Part shown: positions 27,465 to 38,997 of the stretch, piece by piece
How positions within the stretch are numbered: position 1 is the stretch's first letter
Layout: every line of letters begins with the position of its first letter
Assembly (NCBI GenBank): GCA_964270895.1
Contig: OZ185437.1
DNA from: Podarcis filfolensis
Lineage: Eukaryota
DNA length: 64,000 bases
Direction: 5' to 3' (one strand)
Position numbers and translations under genes: made by a program
The notes under the pieces: model-generated
Told to the model about the DNA's origin: nothing
Database searches by the model: none
Seen by the model: only the letters and a program-made list of their open reading frames with translations

Positions 27465-29576
27465 CTGTGAAGAAAAATTAAAGACAATCAAAGCACTACT
27501 TACCCCAAAGCCAGCAACGGCTTTTATTAACTTTACATCCTTTAAATCTAAAACAGTACAATTACTACAGACAAGCTGCACCTTGTGACATGTTTGTTTG
27601 AAGTCATAAAAGCAGCATTATTTCAGAAAAAAGAAGCCAGGATCCAAATAATAACTCATGCTGGTTAAAGCCCCAAAAGGCTTTAAATTAGTTGTTCTAG
27701 GTCGGCAAGGAACAAAGTCCTCATCCTGCATTTGACACAACTGTACAGAACATATACCACTGTAGCAAAACAGGTCTCAAAGTGTATGATGCCACTATCT
27801 CTTTATGAAAGCCAATATGCACTGAGAACTACATCATAAATCTTTATGCTACTAACTGAACTGCCTATGAGGTGCTGCAAAATTCCATCTGTCCATATTA
27901 GATAAATAACTGGAAATCCATACAGCTGTTTTTCATATTTCATACACAACATTCTAAGAAGGAATAAAATGTTTGTGTAACACAGCAAACAAAAAAATAT
28001 TCTATATATTTCAAAGCAGATTTGTCCAATTACTCGTGTACATTTCAGTTACTTTGAGTCCAATGAATAGTATAATTCTCATGCAATTAGTAACTATTGT
28101 AAAATGCCATCTTAAAAAGCAAATAAGTATAGGGCAAAATACAAATCAGCAGAAATGAGGCATTTAATTTTTATGGAAGGAAGGAAAAAATACAGGGGTG
28201 ATACCAACACATGTGGTAAAATTCTGAAGTTAACAACCCACATCCACATGTGCATTCAGCTTTTATATAGTGAAGTCCTTTGTTATTTTATATAGTGCAT
28301 TCAGCCTTCATAAAGTGAAGTCCTTTGTTATAATGTTCTTTTGAAGATAAACTTTTATTTTGGTTCAAAGAGCTAGGACATCTGGAAACAAAGATAAAAG
28401 ATGAATATGGCTATTTTAGTGACCAGGCTCCAAAAATCTGGATGATGTACAATTGATCCCTCTATGTCAGTGAATCCATATCTAGCTTGTAGCTTTCTAA
28501 AAAGAAAATATTTTAAAATCAATCCGTTTAATTTCCACTGTCTCTTCCTTTTACTTCTTTTATGGGCACTATAGAATAGCATAAGCTGAAATGCAAGAAA
28601 GGTAAAATATTCAGGCATCTTGATGCATTTGTTTAGCAGACAGAGCTTGTTTAGAGTTCCAAGATACAAGACATATAAAAAAAAAAATTCACATCCTCAT
28701 GTTGAACAAATCTTCTTGATGCATACAAATTCAGCCCTGCTGTTTGAAAGGCGCTCCTATGTGTCCAATATCTAAATAGAAGTTGCAAAGTTTATCATCC
28801 CATTCAGCTATGTTGGTCAATAACGCTGATTACACAAAAAGTTGACTTATTTTGCCAGTCCATTGACCCTAATAATGTTCACTTTGACTGGCGGCAGCAA
28901 TGCAAGGTCTCAGACCCAAGTGTTTTCAATCCTGTTACTTGAGATCTTTTTAACAGAAAGTATTAGGAATTGAACCTGGGACATTATGTACATAGCTGTC
29001 CTCTACTGTCTACTCACTGGGTAACACAATAAAGCTCAGGTAAACTTTCTCTGGATTACTAGAAGAAGGCAAGCTACTGAAACTGTGCTCCTGGAAACTC
29101 CTTATCCCCGCCCAACAGTTTTGTTGCAGGCCTGTTCCTCGAACAATCTAGAACAGATTATTCTCATCACCAGGATGGCCACATATCTCAGTACCAATTA
29201 CCTCAGCAGAGCCCACTCTGGATGGCTCAGTCAAAGCTACGTCATGTGCCCACTTATGGTGCTACAGCGCTTGACAGGAGGTCCCTTTTAAGTCTCAGCA
29301 GAAGAAAGTATGGTGCCACCACACATGCATCACTGCAACCCAGAAGTGGCCGGGAAAGGTAGTGGAGCGGGGTGGAGAGGGGATGGGGTCAGAAGGGGTC
29401 AGAAGGGGTTTATGCGTGCTCGGCCAATGCATGAAGATCAGGAACATAACCTCCAGACTAAACGGTCGCTGCCTGTACTAGGGGTCCTACTCAATATGTA
29501 CAATAGACACCCCCAATTCTGTCTCCAGGAAGTAGGGTTGTCCTTAGGGAGTAAAACCTCAGATTTGCTCCAAATA

Positions 29577-29820
29577 CAGTGGTACCTCCAGTTGCGAACA
29601 GGATTCGTTCCAGAGGTCTGGCCACATCCCGAGGAATTTGCAACCAGAGGTGCCGCTTCTGCGCATGCACACAGTATGGTTTAGCACTTCTGCACATGCG
29701 CGTGACACGGTTTAGCGCTTCTGTGCATGTGGTGAAACCTGGAAAAATACTTCCGGGTTTGCAGCGTTCGCATCCTGAAAGATACGCAACTAGAGGTGTG
29801 CGTATCTAGAGGTACCACTG
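29577..29820. mobile_element. Tc1/mariner (Tigger-like) MITE
   Basis: TA-cagtggtacctc ... gaggtaccactg-TA, with perfect 12-bp terminal inverted repeats and TA duplication. Confidence 0.9.
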
Positions 29821-32800
29821 TACTGTCCTAATTTGGAGCCTTTACAGCTCTCTGGTGGAACTACAAATTAAGCAGCAGCAACAACAAAGTCATTTTTGCC
29901 ATCACATATTTGATCACCTCCTGTTTCAGCCTTCACTAATGTAGTGAAGTTGCAGTCCAAACATCTGGAGAGATCAGATTGGCAAATGCTGCCGTATTTG
30001 CTTTCCTAGATGTCGTATTTAGTTCTTAGCTAATTGCTAATTTTACCTGGTATGCTTCCTAAATACAGCTTAAGCCAAAAGCACTGACGTCTCCCAGTTA
30101 TATTCATCTCCTACCATTATGGCATTCACTAAGTTAACACAAATATTTAACAGCTTCATTTAAGGATGAAGGTACTTTGTTTTCTTATTAGACACACCTT
30201 TGCCACATAACCAAAAAGTAAAAATATAGAAAAAATAAAGACCAGCTCACCAATGCAGTCAGGAGAAATCTAATGAACCAGCCATATGCACCCTTTGTGC
30301 AAAACCTCACTAGGTATGCCCAACCTTTCCTCTATTCCTCACATTGCTTGAAGTCAACCTTTGCAAAGTTCAAAATCTTAAGAAAAATATTTAATTCCTG
30401 GTCAGTCCAATAAAACATGGCACCCACCCTATATGAGATCAACACTGCTCATACCTTGAGTCCATACAGTTATGCTCAATAAACTACAAGTATTTGGTGC
30501 TTCTTAAACTTAAATTTTCAAAGCTAATGTGTCTCCTCCCCCGTCTCTCCCCAGGGAGAGTACAGCTACATATACTATCTAAATCTTACATTCCTAACAT
30601 GTCAAGAAAGAAACTTACTGGCTGTTCAGCACTTATGATTAGGATTCTACCAGGGGTAATGAAGTACTAGCCGGAAGCTTATTTGACTCTAGAAAAAAAT
30701 ATTGAGCATATATTCATATTCCCAAATCCCTTTGTGCAACCAAGTCAAATAAGCTACTATTGTTACTGAGGGTAAAATATATTCAAACCACTTTATGCAT
30801 GAAATGAACACTCGCCTATTTCATTTTATGCTATGCTCCCGTGTACGCCGTTATTCTTCAGTGTAACACTCAAATGCAGGCAAAATTTTACATATGCTGT
30901 TCGGTGTATGTCATATTTTGTTTGGATTATTAACAAAGCAGATCTACATAACATCCAAATGAAACCAAAAATTGTCCAGACAGGTGCAATCTGAGAGCTC
31001 TGCATCTGCAGCAGAATTTATGAAGGAAACACACAAAAACATTTCCCGAAATAAGTCCCAACAATCTGCTCCCAGTATTTTGGGAACTAAGGAGCATAAG
31101 CAGAATTCAAGAATGAGGAAAAACATGGTAACTACAGTAAATATACAATATCCCATGTAGTTCTTTCAATGATAGCACAGGTCTATACAGTACAGAAACA
31201 TTTGTCTATGTCACTTGAAAGAAAACTCCAGTGACAGAAAGTACAACAGTCAGGACACATAAATTCGTTCTGTTTTTTGGCTTCTTCAGTGAAACCTATC
31301 ATTGCACACTACATCTTCCAATACTACAGTAATGCTCTGTTCAAGAGAAAACATTAGTTATATCTGATGCCAGTCAAAGTATTATCAGCTTTTCTAACTC
31401 CTCAAAGAGGAAAGCGGAGTTTCTTACTCATTTGGGAAAAGCCCAACATACTGAGAGATCCCAAGATAAGCTGTACTATGAAAAATATGTTATAAACTAT
31501 GGTAATTACAGCTTTAAATGTGTTTTCTGCATTGTGCTCTGCCCTAAAAATATTAAATTATAAGCCATTGATAGGGTATAATCCCATTGCTGCCTTGACT
31601 GACTGCTAAGGACATTCCCATTCAGTGCAGGCGTCACCCTACTAACACATTGGTTATGTTCCAGGGCCTTGTACGCAAAAGTGAAATTGCAGAAGCCCCG
31701 ATAAGAGCAACCCATGTAAACATAATCACATGTGAGTAAGATGTGTGTAAGGGGGGGTGCCTGTAATGTCACCGTAAAGAGTCCAGCGATTTTTAATGTA
31801 ATGTCTGTGGAGGAATTCCTTGCCAACCTTTTCCTGTATATGTTTCTCTCTTTTACATGCCAATTCCATTTATGGAAGAGACCATGCCTCAGTACTAGCA
31901 CGATGGCACATTTTTTTAATATGCAGACGGTCCTAAATTCAATCCCAGTATCTGCTGTCAGAAAGATCAAGTAGGATGTGATAGGAAAGACCTCTGCTTG
32001 ACATCCTGGAGAGCGGCTTCCAGTCATGTTAGACCATACTAGGCTAGATGGAGCTAATTATCAGTTCACACGTAAGTGGTTGTAAAATTGCTGCTAATGG
32101 AATGTGTGGGGAAATGGTTGTAAAACTGCTGCCCTGGTGGGTGCACTGTCACTTGTTTACTGCCTTCTGATAGATGTGAATGTAGAAAGTCGGTGATACC
32201 TCTGCTAAATACCCACAGCTAGATCAGTATTCCATCATTCTACACTAGTCTTTCAAACACAAGGCAATTATGTGATGATCCATCCTGCTTATTCCCAGGC
32301 ACATGCCTGAGATTGAACGTTCTTCCGTCTGAGTACAGAGACACTTTGAAAGGTCAGGTAACAAGCTTCTTTAGGAGTTAAAATTTCATCTGCCACTTGT
32401 CTCCAAATATATCCGATATTAACAATGAGACCTTTACTTACAGATTTCATCTTAAGATGTAAGTAATTGCACTTCCAACTGTTGAAATTGGTGGTGGTGG
32501 TGGTGGTTATGCACCTATTAGTTTATAAGCCTGCGGGAAGGGAATGTACTGTTTCGCCTCTGTACAGCACTTAGAAAACTTTGTGTACTTTAAAATATGG
32601 AGGAGGTGGGGGAGACAGCAGGAACTTGGAAGGGAAAGCAAAATTAGGACTTGCCAACAAAGTTAAATGTAGGTCATTGTTATGGCCACATATCCACACA
32701 TGCCGCCCACAACTTGGTAGGTAAAGCAACATAGCCTTGGCTCTATGACAATGACTGTTCTGAAGGCCCTTAAGCAGCTGAAATACTCAGAACACCATTC

Positions 32801-33484
32801 ACCTCTGAAATACTTTCCCCAGGATACTTTATTTTAAAAAATATCATGTTGCTGGTTTATTGATCCTGTGTCTCTCCTGCAGTTTAAGCCAAATGAACAA
32901 TGCAACTATGATTTAGTCTATGAGATCACATAGCTTAAGTCGCAAATGCAATTAGATTTCAGCTGTGATCTGAAGCAACTTTTGGGAAGGAATTCAATTA
33001 CACAGTTAGAGACTCAAGTATTTCAGTGCGTCCCAGGTGTTTAAACAACTTTAATACACTTTAACAATACTGCCATATTAATATTTAAAATTGTAGGTTC
33101 CCTAGCCTTCCAGAGCAGATTCCCAGCACATTGAGGGAACTGAGGGGAAGAAGAGGAGAAGGAAGACTGCACGAGTAGAAGGTCATTCCACTTGTGCACC
33201 ACTGGATGTTTCCCTACTCCAAACCCAAATCTAATCAGTTTGGCATCCCCAATGGCACCAATAGTACAAAATTACAAAAGGCACATGACTCTAGAAACCA
33301 TTTTTAAAATATATAAAATGCATCCAGCTTCCAATAAAGTTTTACTTCCTAAATGATGTCACCAGCATCCGTCCCTGTGCATTACAGGAATCCTATGTGC
33401 TTGGTCCATTACTGCATCTCTACTTTCTGGTTACTGTAAACATGAGGATTTAGGAAATGGTAACTTCAATTTGCCCTAGGTCAG

Positions 33485-34460
33485 ACACGGGATGACCTCC
33501 AAACCATCCTAAATATCTTCACAGAAGCTTACAAAAAGCTTGGCCTATCACTCAACATCAAAAAAACCAAAGTGCTGCACCAACGAGTACAAAATAACCC
33601 CTCTGCAGCGCCACAAATCCAACTCAATGGTGTAACGTTGGAAAATTTCTATTATTTCTCCTACCTGGGCAGTTATCTTTCCACAAGGGCCGACATGAAT
33701 GCCGAAATCCAGCATTGCCTGAGCTCCGCAAGTGCGGCTTTCTCCCGATTGAAGTGCAGAGTATTTGAGGACCAGCACATTCGCAGGGAAACCAAAATGT
33801 TTGTTTACAAAGCTATTGTACTACCAACCTTAGTGTATGCTTGTGAAACATGGACCACTTTAAACGCCATCTCCAACTCCTTGAAAGATTCCATCAATGG
33901 TGTCTCCGAAAAATTTTACACATCACTTGGGAAGACAGGTGAACTAATACCAGTGTGCTGGAAGAAGCAAAGATCACCAGTGTTGAAGCAATGATTCTTC
34001 AACATCAACTTTGCTGGACTAGTCATGTTGCGCAGATGCCTGATTATTGTCTTCCAAAGCAACTACTCTATTCTGAACTTAAAAATGGAAAGCATAATGC
34101 TGGTAGTCAACAAAAGAGGTTTAAAGACTGTCTCAAGGCAAAGCTTAAAAAATGTAGCATAAACACCAACAATTGGGAAACACTTGCCTGCGAGCGCTCC
34201 AATTAGAGAACAGCCTTTACCAAAGGTTTCATGGGCTTTGAAGACATTCAAACTCAGAACGCAAGGGAGAAACATGCTAAGAGGAAGGCACGCTTGGCAA
34301 ATCCACACTGTGATCAACTCCCACCTAGAAACCAATGTCCCCACTGTGGAAGGACGTGTGGATCCAGAATTGGCCTCCACAGTCACTTACGGACTCATTG
34401 TTCAAACCGTGTTTATGGAAGACAATCTTACTCGGCTACAAGTAATCACCAAAGAAGAAG
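33485..34460 (+). mobile_element. 5'-truncated RTE-clade LINE (RT C-terminus, C2H2-like tail), flanked by a 63-bp direct duplication
   Basis: DLQTILNIFTEAYKKLGLSLNIKKTKV...LGSYLS...YKAIVLPTLVYACETWT...LPKQLLYSEL...CPHCGRTCGSRIGLHSHLRTH; (GAA)n tail; frameshifts and CpG decay. Confidence 0.92.
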
Positions 34461-35169
34461 ACTTTCTGGTTACTGTAAACATAAGGATTTAGGAAATGGT
34501 AGCTTCATTTTGCCCTAGGTCAGGCACTGAACACACCTTCTTCAACCCACCCTCCAAGTCAGATGAATGTAAACAGAAAACAAGTGTATTGCTATTTTTA
34601 AATCTCCAGAAATAGCAAGCCCAATCTCTTTCATCTTTGGGGAAAGAAATTATTTAATAAAGGACAGAATACAAAAAAGTGTGTTACTTGTTTTGCATAT
34701 CACAAAGAACATTGGGCTCATGTTCCTCAAACAGCAAACCCTCCATGCCTGCAATGAAGACTTTCAAAAGCAGTTTGTGAAGTGGCACAACAAAAGAAAA
34801 GTCAAATATTCCCCTGGGTATATCAAAGCCCTTTGGCAAGCCCAAAATAGTTCTTTGGTTTCTAATAAACAGTCAAGTTAGCTGAATTTGTCATTAGGTG
34901 GTAGGATCCCTGGAAATAAATCTGTCATCTTGGAAGGATAAAAATCAGTCATGATTTACTGCCATCTACTGATGCTATTAAAATAAAGCTCAACATTCAG
35001 GTGATGTATACCTACTGCCAAAAAAGTTTTTAAAAAACAACTGCTTGGTTTTTTTAAAAAAAGATTAAATATAGCAAATGACTACTTACAACTATAAGTT
35101 CTATTTGTCAACAGAATGTCCTTTTTTTGGGCTGGGGAGGATTCTATTCCCTCTGTTCTCCCTCAAACT

Positions 35170-36185
35170 GGGTAGTCAGTGCAGCATCAGGGCTGGTTCA
35201 CCCTCAGAGGTTGATGGATCCAATGGGCTTTCAAATGGGCTTTCTGGCTGATATGACTGTCGAAGACCTAGCTGACCTCTGGAACATCCAAATGGCATGA
35301 GCCATTGAAACAATCATCCCAGAGCACCCTTCTCCCACTTTGTGGAGCCTGCTTGACTCCCTAGTATACTTCGGATCTTATGGCAAAGAAACAAGCTGGG
35401 AGACAGCTCAAATGTGAGTGGAGGAAAACTCTGGTCAAATGCTTTCAAACACTTGTGAAGGCTCATAATCAAGCCTACCTAGTGGCAGTGAAGGCAGCAG
35501 AGAAGGCATACTTTGCTGCCTCTATTGCATCCTCATTGTGCTGTCCAGCAGAGCTTTTCTGGGTAGTGTGGGGCCTCTTACATCATGTCCTGAAGGAGGC
35601 GGCAGAACTGACAGTAGCTCACTGTGACTTATTTGCAGAGCATTTGGAAGATAAAATCGCTTGCTTCCACTGGGATCTTGACTCCACTGTTACAGCAGAT
35701 GAATCTCAAGGGGTGTCCAGAGCACTGTCGAGTCCTGTTGCGTTGGATGAGTTTCAGTTAGTAAGGATCCATCAGCTTCAGATGATGGCCCAGTTGCACC
35801 CCTATCAGGACAGGGTTAGCCTAACTTCTGTCATCACAGGGATAGCCTAACTTCTGTCATCTATGCTCTAGTAACCTCTAGGTTAGATTAATGCAATACG
35901 TAATACTTTGGGCAGCCTCTGAAGATCGTTTGGTGCAGAATTTGGCAACCAGGTTGCTCACCAGGGCAAGGCAATTTGAGAATATTACACTGATTCTGGT
36001 CCAACTGCACTGGATGAAAATTAGTTTCCAGGCCCAAATACAAGCACTATGTCCTTTTAAATATGTTTGTAGGAGCAGGTTTTGGGGTTTTTTAAAATGT
36101 ATTTTGTGTTCTAATTTTGCCTTTTTATGTTGTGAACCACCCTGTGATTTTCAGATGAAGGGCGGTATATAAATTTGATGATGAT
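35170..36185 (+). mobile_element. Internally deleted L2-clade LINE
   Basis: Pre-RT region (AVKAAEKAYFAASIASS...DEFQLV) is joined at about 35763 to the post-RT region (HQLQMMAQLHPY...LTSVIYALVTSRLD*CN...ITLILVQLHW), followed by the 3' tail gtgaaccaccctg...ggcggtatataaat. Confidence 0.75.
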
Positions 36186-36250
36186 GTACCTGATGGCCCC
36201 CAGGTAGTAAAAGGAGCTAATTCCCCAAAAATCACAAGCTATGGTACATA

Positions 36251-36504
36251 GAAGAAGAAGAAGAGTTTGGATTTTATATCCCGCTTTATCACTACCCTAA
36301 GGAGTCTCAAAGTGGCTAACAATCTCCTTTCCCTTCCTCCCTCACTCACAACAAGCGCTCTGTGAGGTGAGTGAGGCTGAGAGGCTTCAGAGAAGTGCGA
36401 CTAGCCCAAGGTCACCCAGCAGCTGCATGTGGAGGAGCGGGGATGTGAACCCAGTTCACCAGATTACAAGTCTACTGCTCTTAACCACTACACCACACTG
36501 GCTC
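36251..36504 (-). mobile_element. Squam3-like tRNA-derived SINE
   Basis: Head gagccagtgtggtgtagtggttaagag on the minus strand, (CTT)n tail; same family as 14242-14483. Confidence 0.85.
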
Positions 36505-36545
36505 AGCATAAATATTGTGGTACTTTTATGTTTCTTAGTCGAGGA

Positions 36546-36682
36546 CATTGTTTCCCAAACTTGGGTCGCCAGCTGTTTTGGAATACAATTCCCATCATCC
36601 CTGACCACTTGTCTTGATAACTTAGGAATGATGGGAGCTGTCGTCCAAAAAACAGCTGGAGACCCAAGTTTGCGAAGCACTG
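36546..36682. mobile_element. Palindromic hAT-type MITE (137 bp)
   Basis: Nearly whole-length hairpin; TIR cattgtttcccaaacttgggtc / gacccaagtttgcgaagcactg; 8-bp flanks gtcgagga / atctagga (6/8). Confidence 0.75.
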
Positions 36683-38962
36683 ATCTAGGAGGATGGCTTT
36701 CACTTGGCTTCTCTTCCACTTAAGGGTTGGATGGTTCTTGAATACTAAGCTTAGTATCCCTTTCTCAATGTTCTACAATATGAAATTAAATAGTCGTCTA
36801 CACTTATGCAACTTGAACATTGCGTACAAACAAGAATCCTATTTATCTTGATCTAATTAGAGTACTCTAAGACAATAGGGCTACAAGATTATTATTCACA
36901 ACACAAACAAGATAATTAGCATTTTGATGTACTGTATCTTTGTAAATAATCGAATGAGCATGTACAGCACATTATTGTATTGGTTATTCCATTTTCAGAC
37001 TGGCTGATTAACAGTGCTGCTCATAAGCCTCAAGGAACTCTTACAACAATCCATAAAAAGGTAATAATTTAATTCTATCCAATTCCAAAAAGTATGTACC
37101 ACTTCATGTGGGACAAAATCAAGAATGATTATTTTTTAGTAAATGTTTGTTTTTTATAACTAAGCATTTACTCCACAGCAGGATACTCAAATGAACTTGG
37201 AATCAGCAGTAACCATCTGGGCAGCTTACATGAAATGCAGTACATAAAATAAAGGCTATGCATAAATGGAATCCAAACTTCAAACTTCCTTTCTCCTTCA
37301 GTTATGGGAATAAAGACCCCCAAGGAAAAGGAAAGTATTGGTTTGTTTTAAGTACTAAATGTAAAAAGCACTACATAATTATGAACAGACTTTAACAAAA
37401 CTAACTTTTGCAACTGAAACATCTATTCTAGTGATCTAAAAGCTTGGTTCCTCCCCACCATGACCCCAAAGATCTCCAAAACCCATCAGATATGAACATT
37501 TAAGCCAGAGGCAAATCTGGATCAAACCTATGAAACTTTTTGGACTGTCCCATCAGTCCTCAAGTTCTGGCCCTCCTCAGGGACCTCCACTGCCTTTTTT
37601 TTGATGGTGTTCAAACAGGCCCAGGAATGTGTCTTCAAACAGCACTAAACATACATCAGAGATGCTTCTTGATTTCCTCCAATGCTTGTCCAATATTTGT
37701 TGGCCTGAAAGTAGGCAGGCCACTGGAATCAATATATTTTATGGGAAGCAATTCATAAACAGAATAATAAACAAACAAACTGGAAGAGATCAGGAAGCAC
37801 TGGATATAACAAGAAACATCAGGAGATCCATAAGCTTTGGAAGTGTCCAATGTTTCCTGAGCATTGGTCAAGCACTCCAAGGCCTGATGATGGTGAGAGC
37901 TTTCTGTAGTGAAGAAGCAAAGAGAAACACAAAACAACCATTCATCAGTGTTCTGTTCCACTTGGGTTTCCTGCCTTTTCTGGTCAACAACTTCCATTGC
38001 TCTTGGAAACCTTCACTGGAGATGAGAGTTGTTTTATGGAGTGTTTGGACACCATCAAAATCGGTGCTCTGCCCACCTCTTGCTTCCAAAGTGCCTAGTC
38101 AGAACCTGAAAGCGACTTAATAAATTGGAGATAAATTTAAGCAACTTCACCAATGTCACTTAAATAATAATAATCATTAAATCTTGGTGAGCTGCGTAGG
38201 ATTTCTTATGACTGTCAGTCCCATCTAAAAGCGTGAGGGGGTTTGATTTATGATGTTTCGTACATTTAAAAAGTATCATTTAATCATGGTGAGCTGCATA
38301 GTCTTGCTAATGCCACAACTCAAGCAATTTAAAAACAACTTCTGAATGTATAAAACTAGTCACATCTAAATACTGGCAGTGGGAGGGGGGAGATTACCTT
38401 CCATACCACAAGTTTAGTATACTCATTATTAATTATCATTTCATTTTGATGAAAATCAAAATCTTGACCCTGTCCACTTTTGGCATGGGTCCCTGGAAGG
38501 TATGCCTGAGTAAACAGCACATTTAAACTAAATAGGGACAGTAGAATACATCAAAAACAATCTGAATAAGAAACTATTTCAAAGCCAAGAAAAGTCAGGA
38601 TCATTTTAGCTCCAAAATGAACCTGCTTACTCTAATGTGAAAGCAAGGGAAATTAGAAGGCTCCCCAGTTGTCCTTGGATGGTCTTAAGCCAACACATCC
38701 ACTGGTTAACTATCTATTGCCAGTTATGTCAAAGAGTCCTGTAAGTGTACTTAAAAGCAGGGAGGCTCACTGGTTCAGATGAGATGATACCACTCGGATT
38801 GCATTATCTCAAAGTCTTGCTTAAATCTTCTTGCTTTCCTCTTTTCCTCCCCATGCCTTTCCAAGTTTTGTATTGTGTCCGTAAGAATGTGAGTTTGCCT
38901 TATCTTTCCTTCTCTGTAAGGGACTTAAGATTTTTAAGGGGATTTTTAGGGGATTTATTACT

Positions 38963-38963
<1 letters not shown>

Positions 38964-38994
<31 letters not shown>
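38964..38994. repeat. (CA)n microsatellite
   Basis: Direct reading. Confidence 0.95.

Positions 38995-38997
<3 letters not shown>

Noticed and set aside
27455-27470. AG|GT at the start of exon 9 after a 15.5-kb intron as a recursive splice site
   Set aside because: G at +1 is common at acceptors (also exons 3 and 5), and the regenerated donor GTATAT is weak.
31506-32027. 173-aa minus-strand ORF in intron 8
   Set aside because: It overlaps a degraded SINE and low-information sequence, with no protein-like motif.
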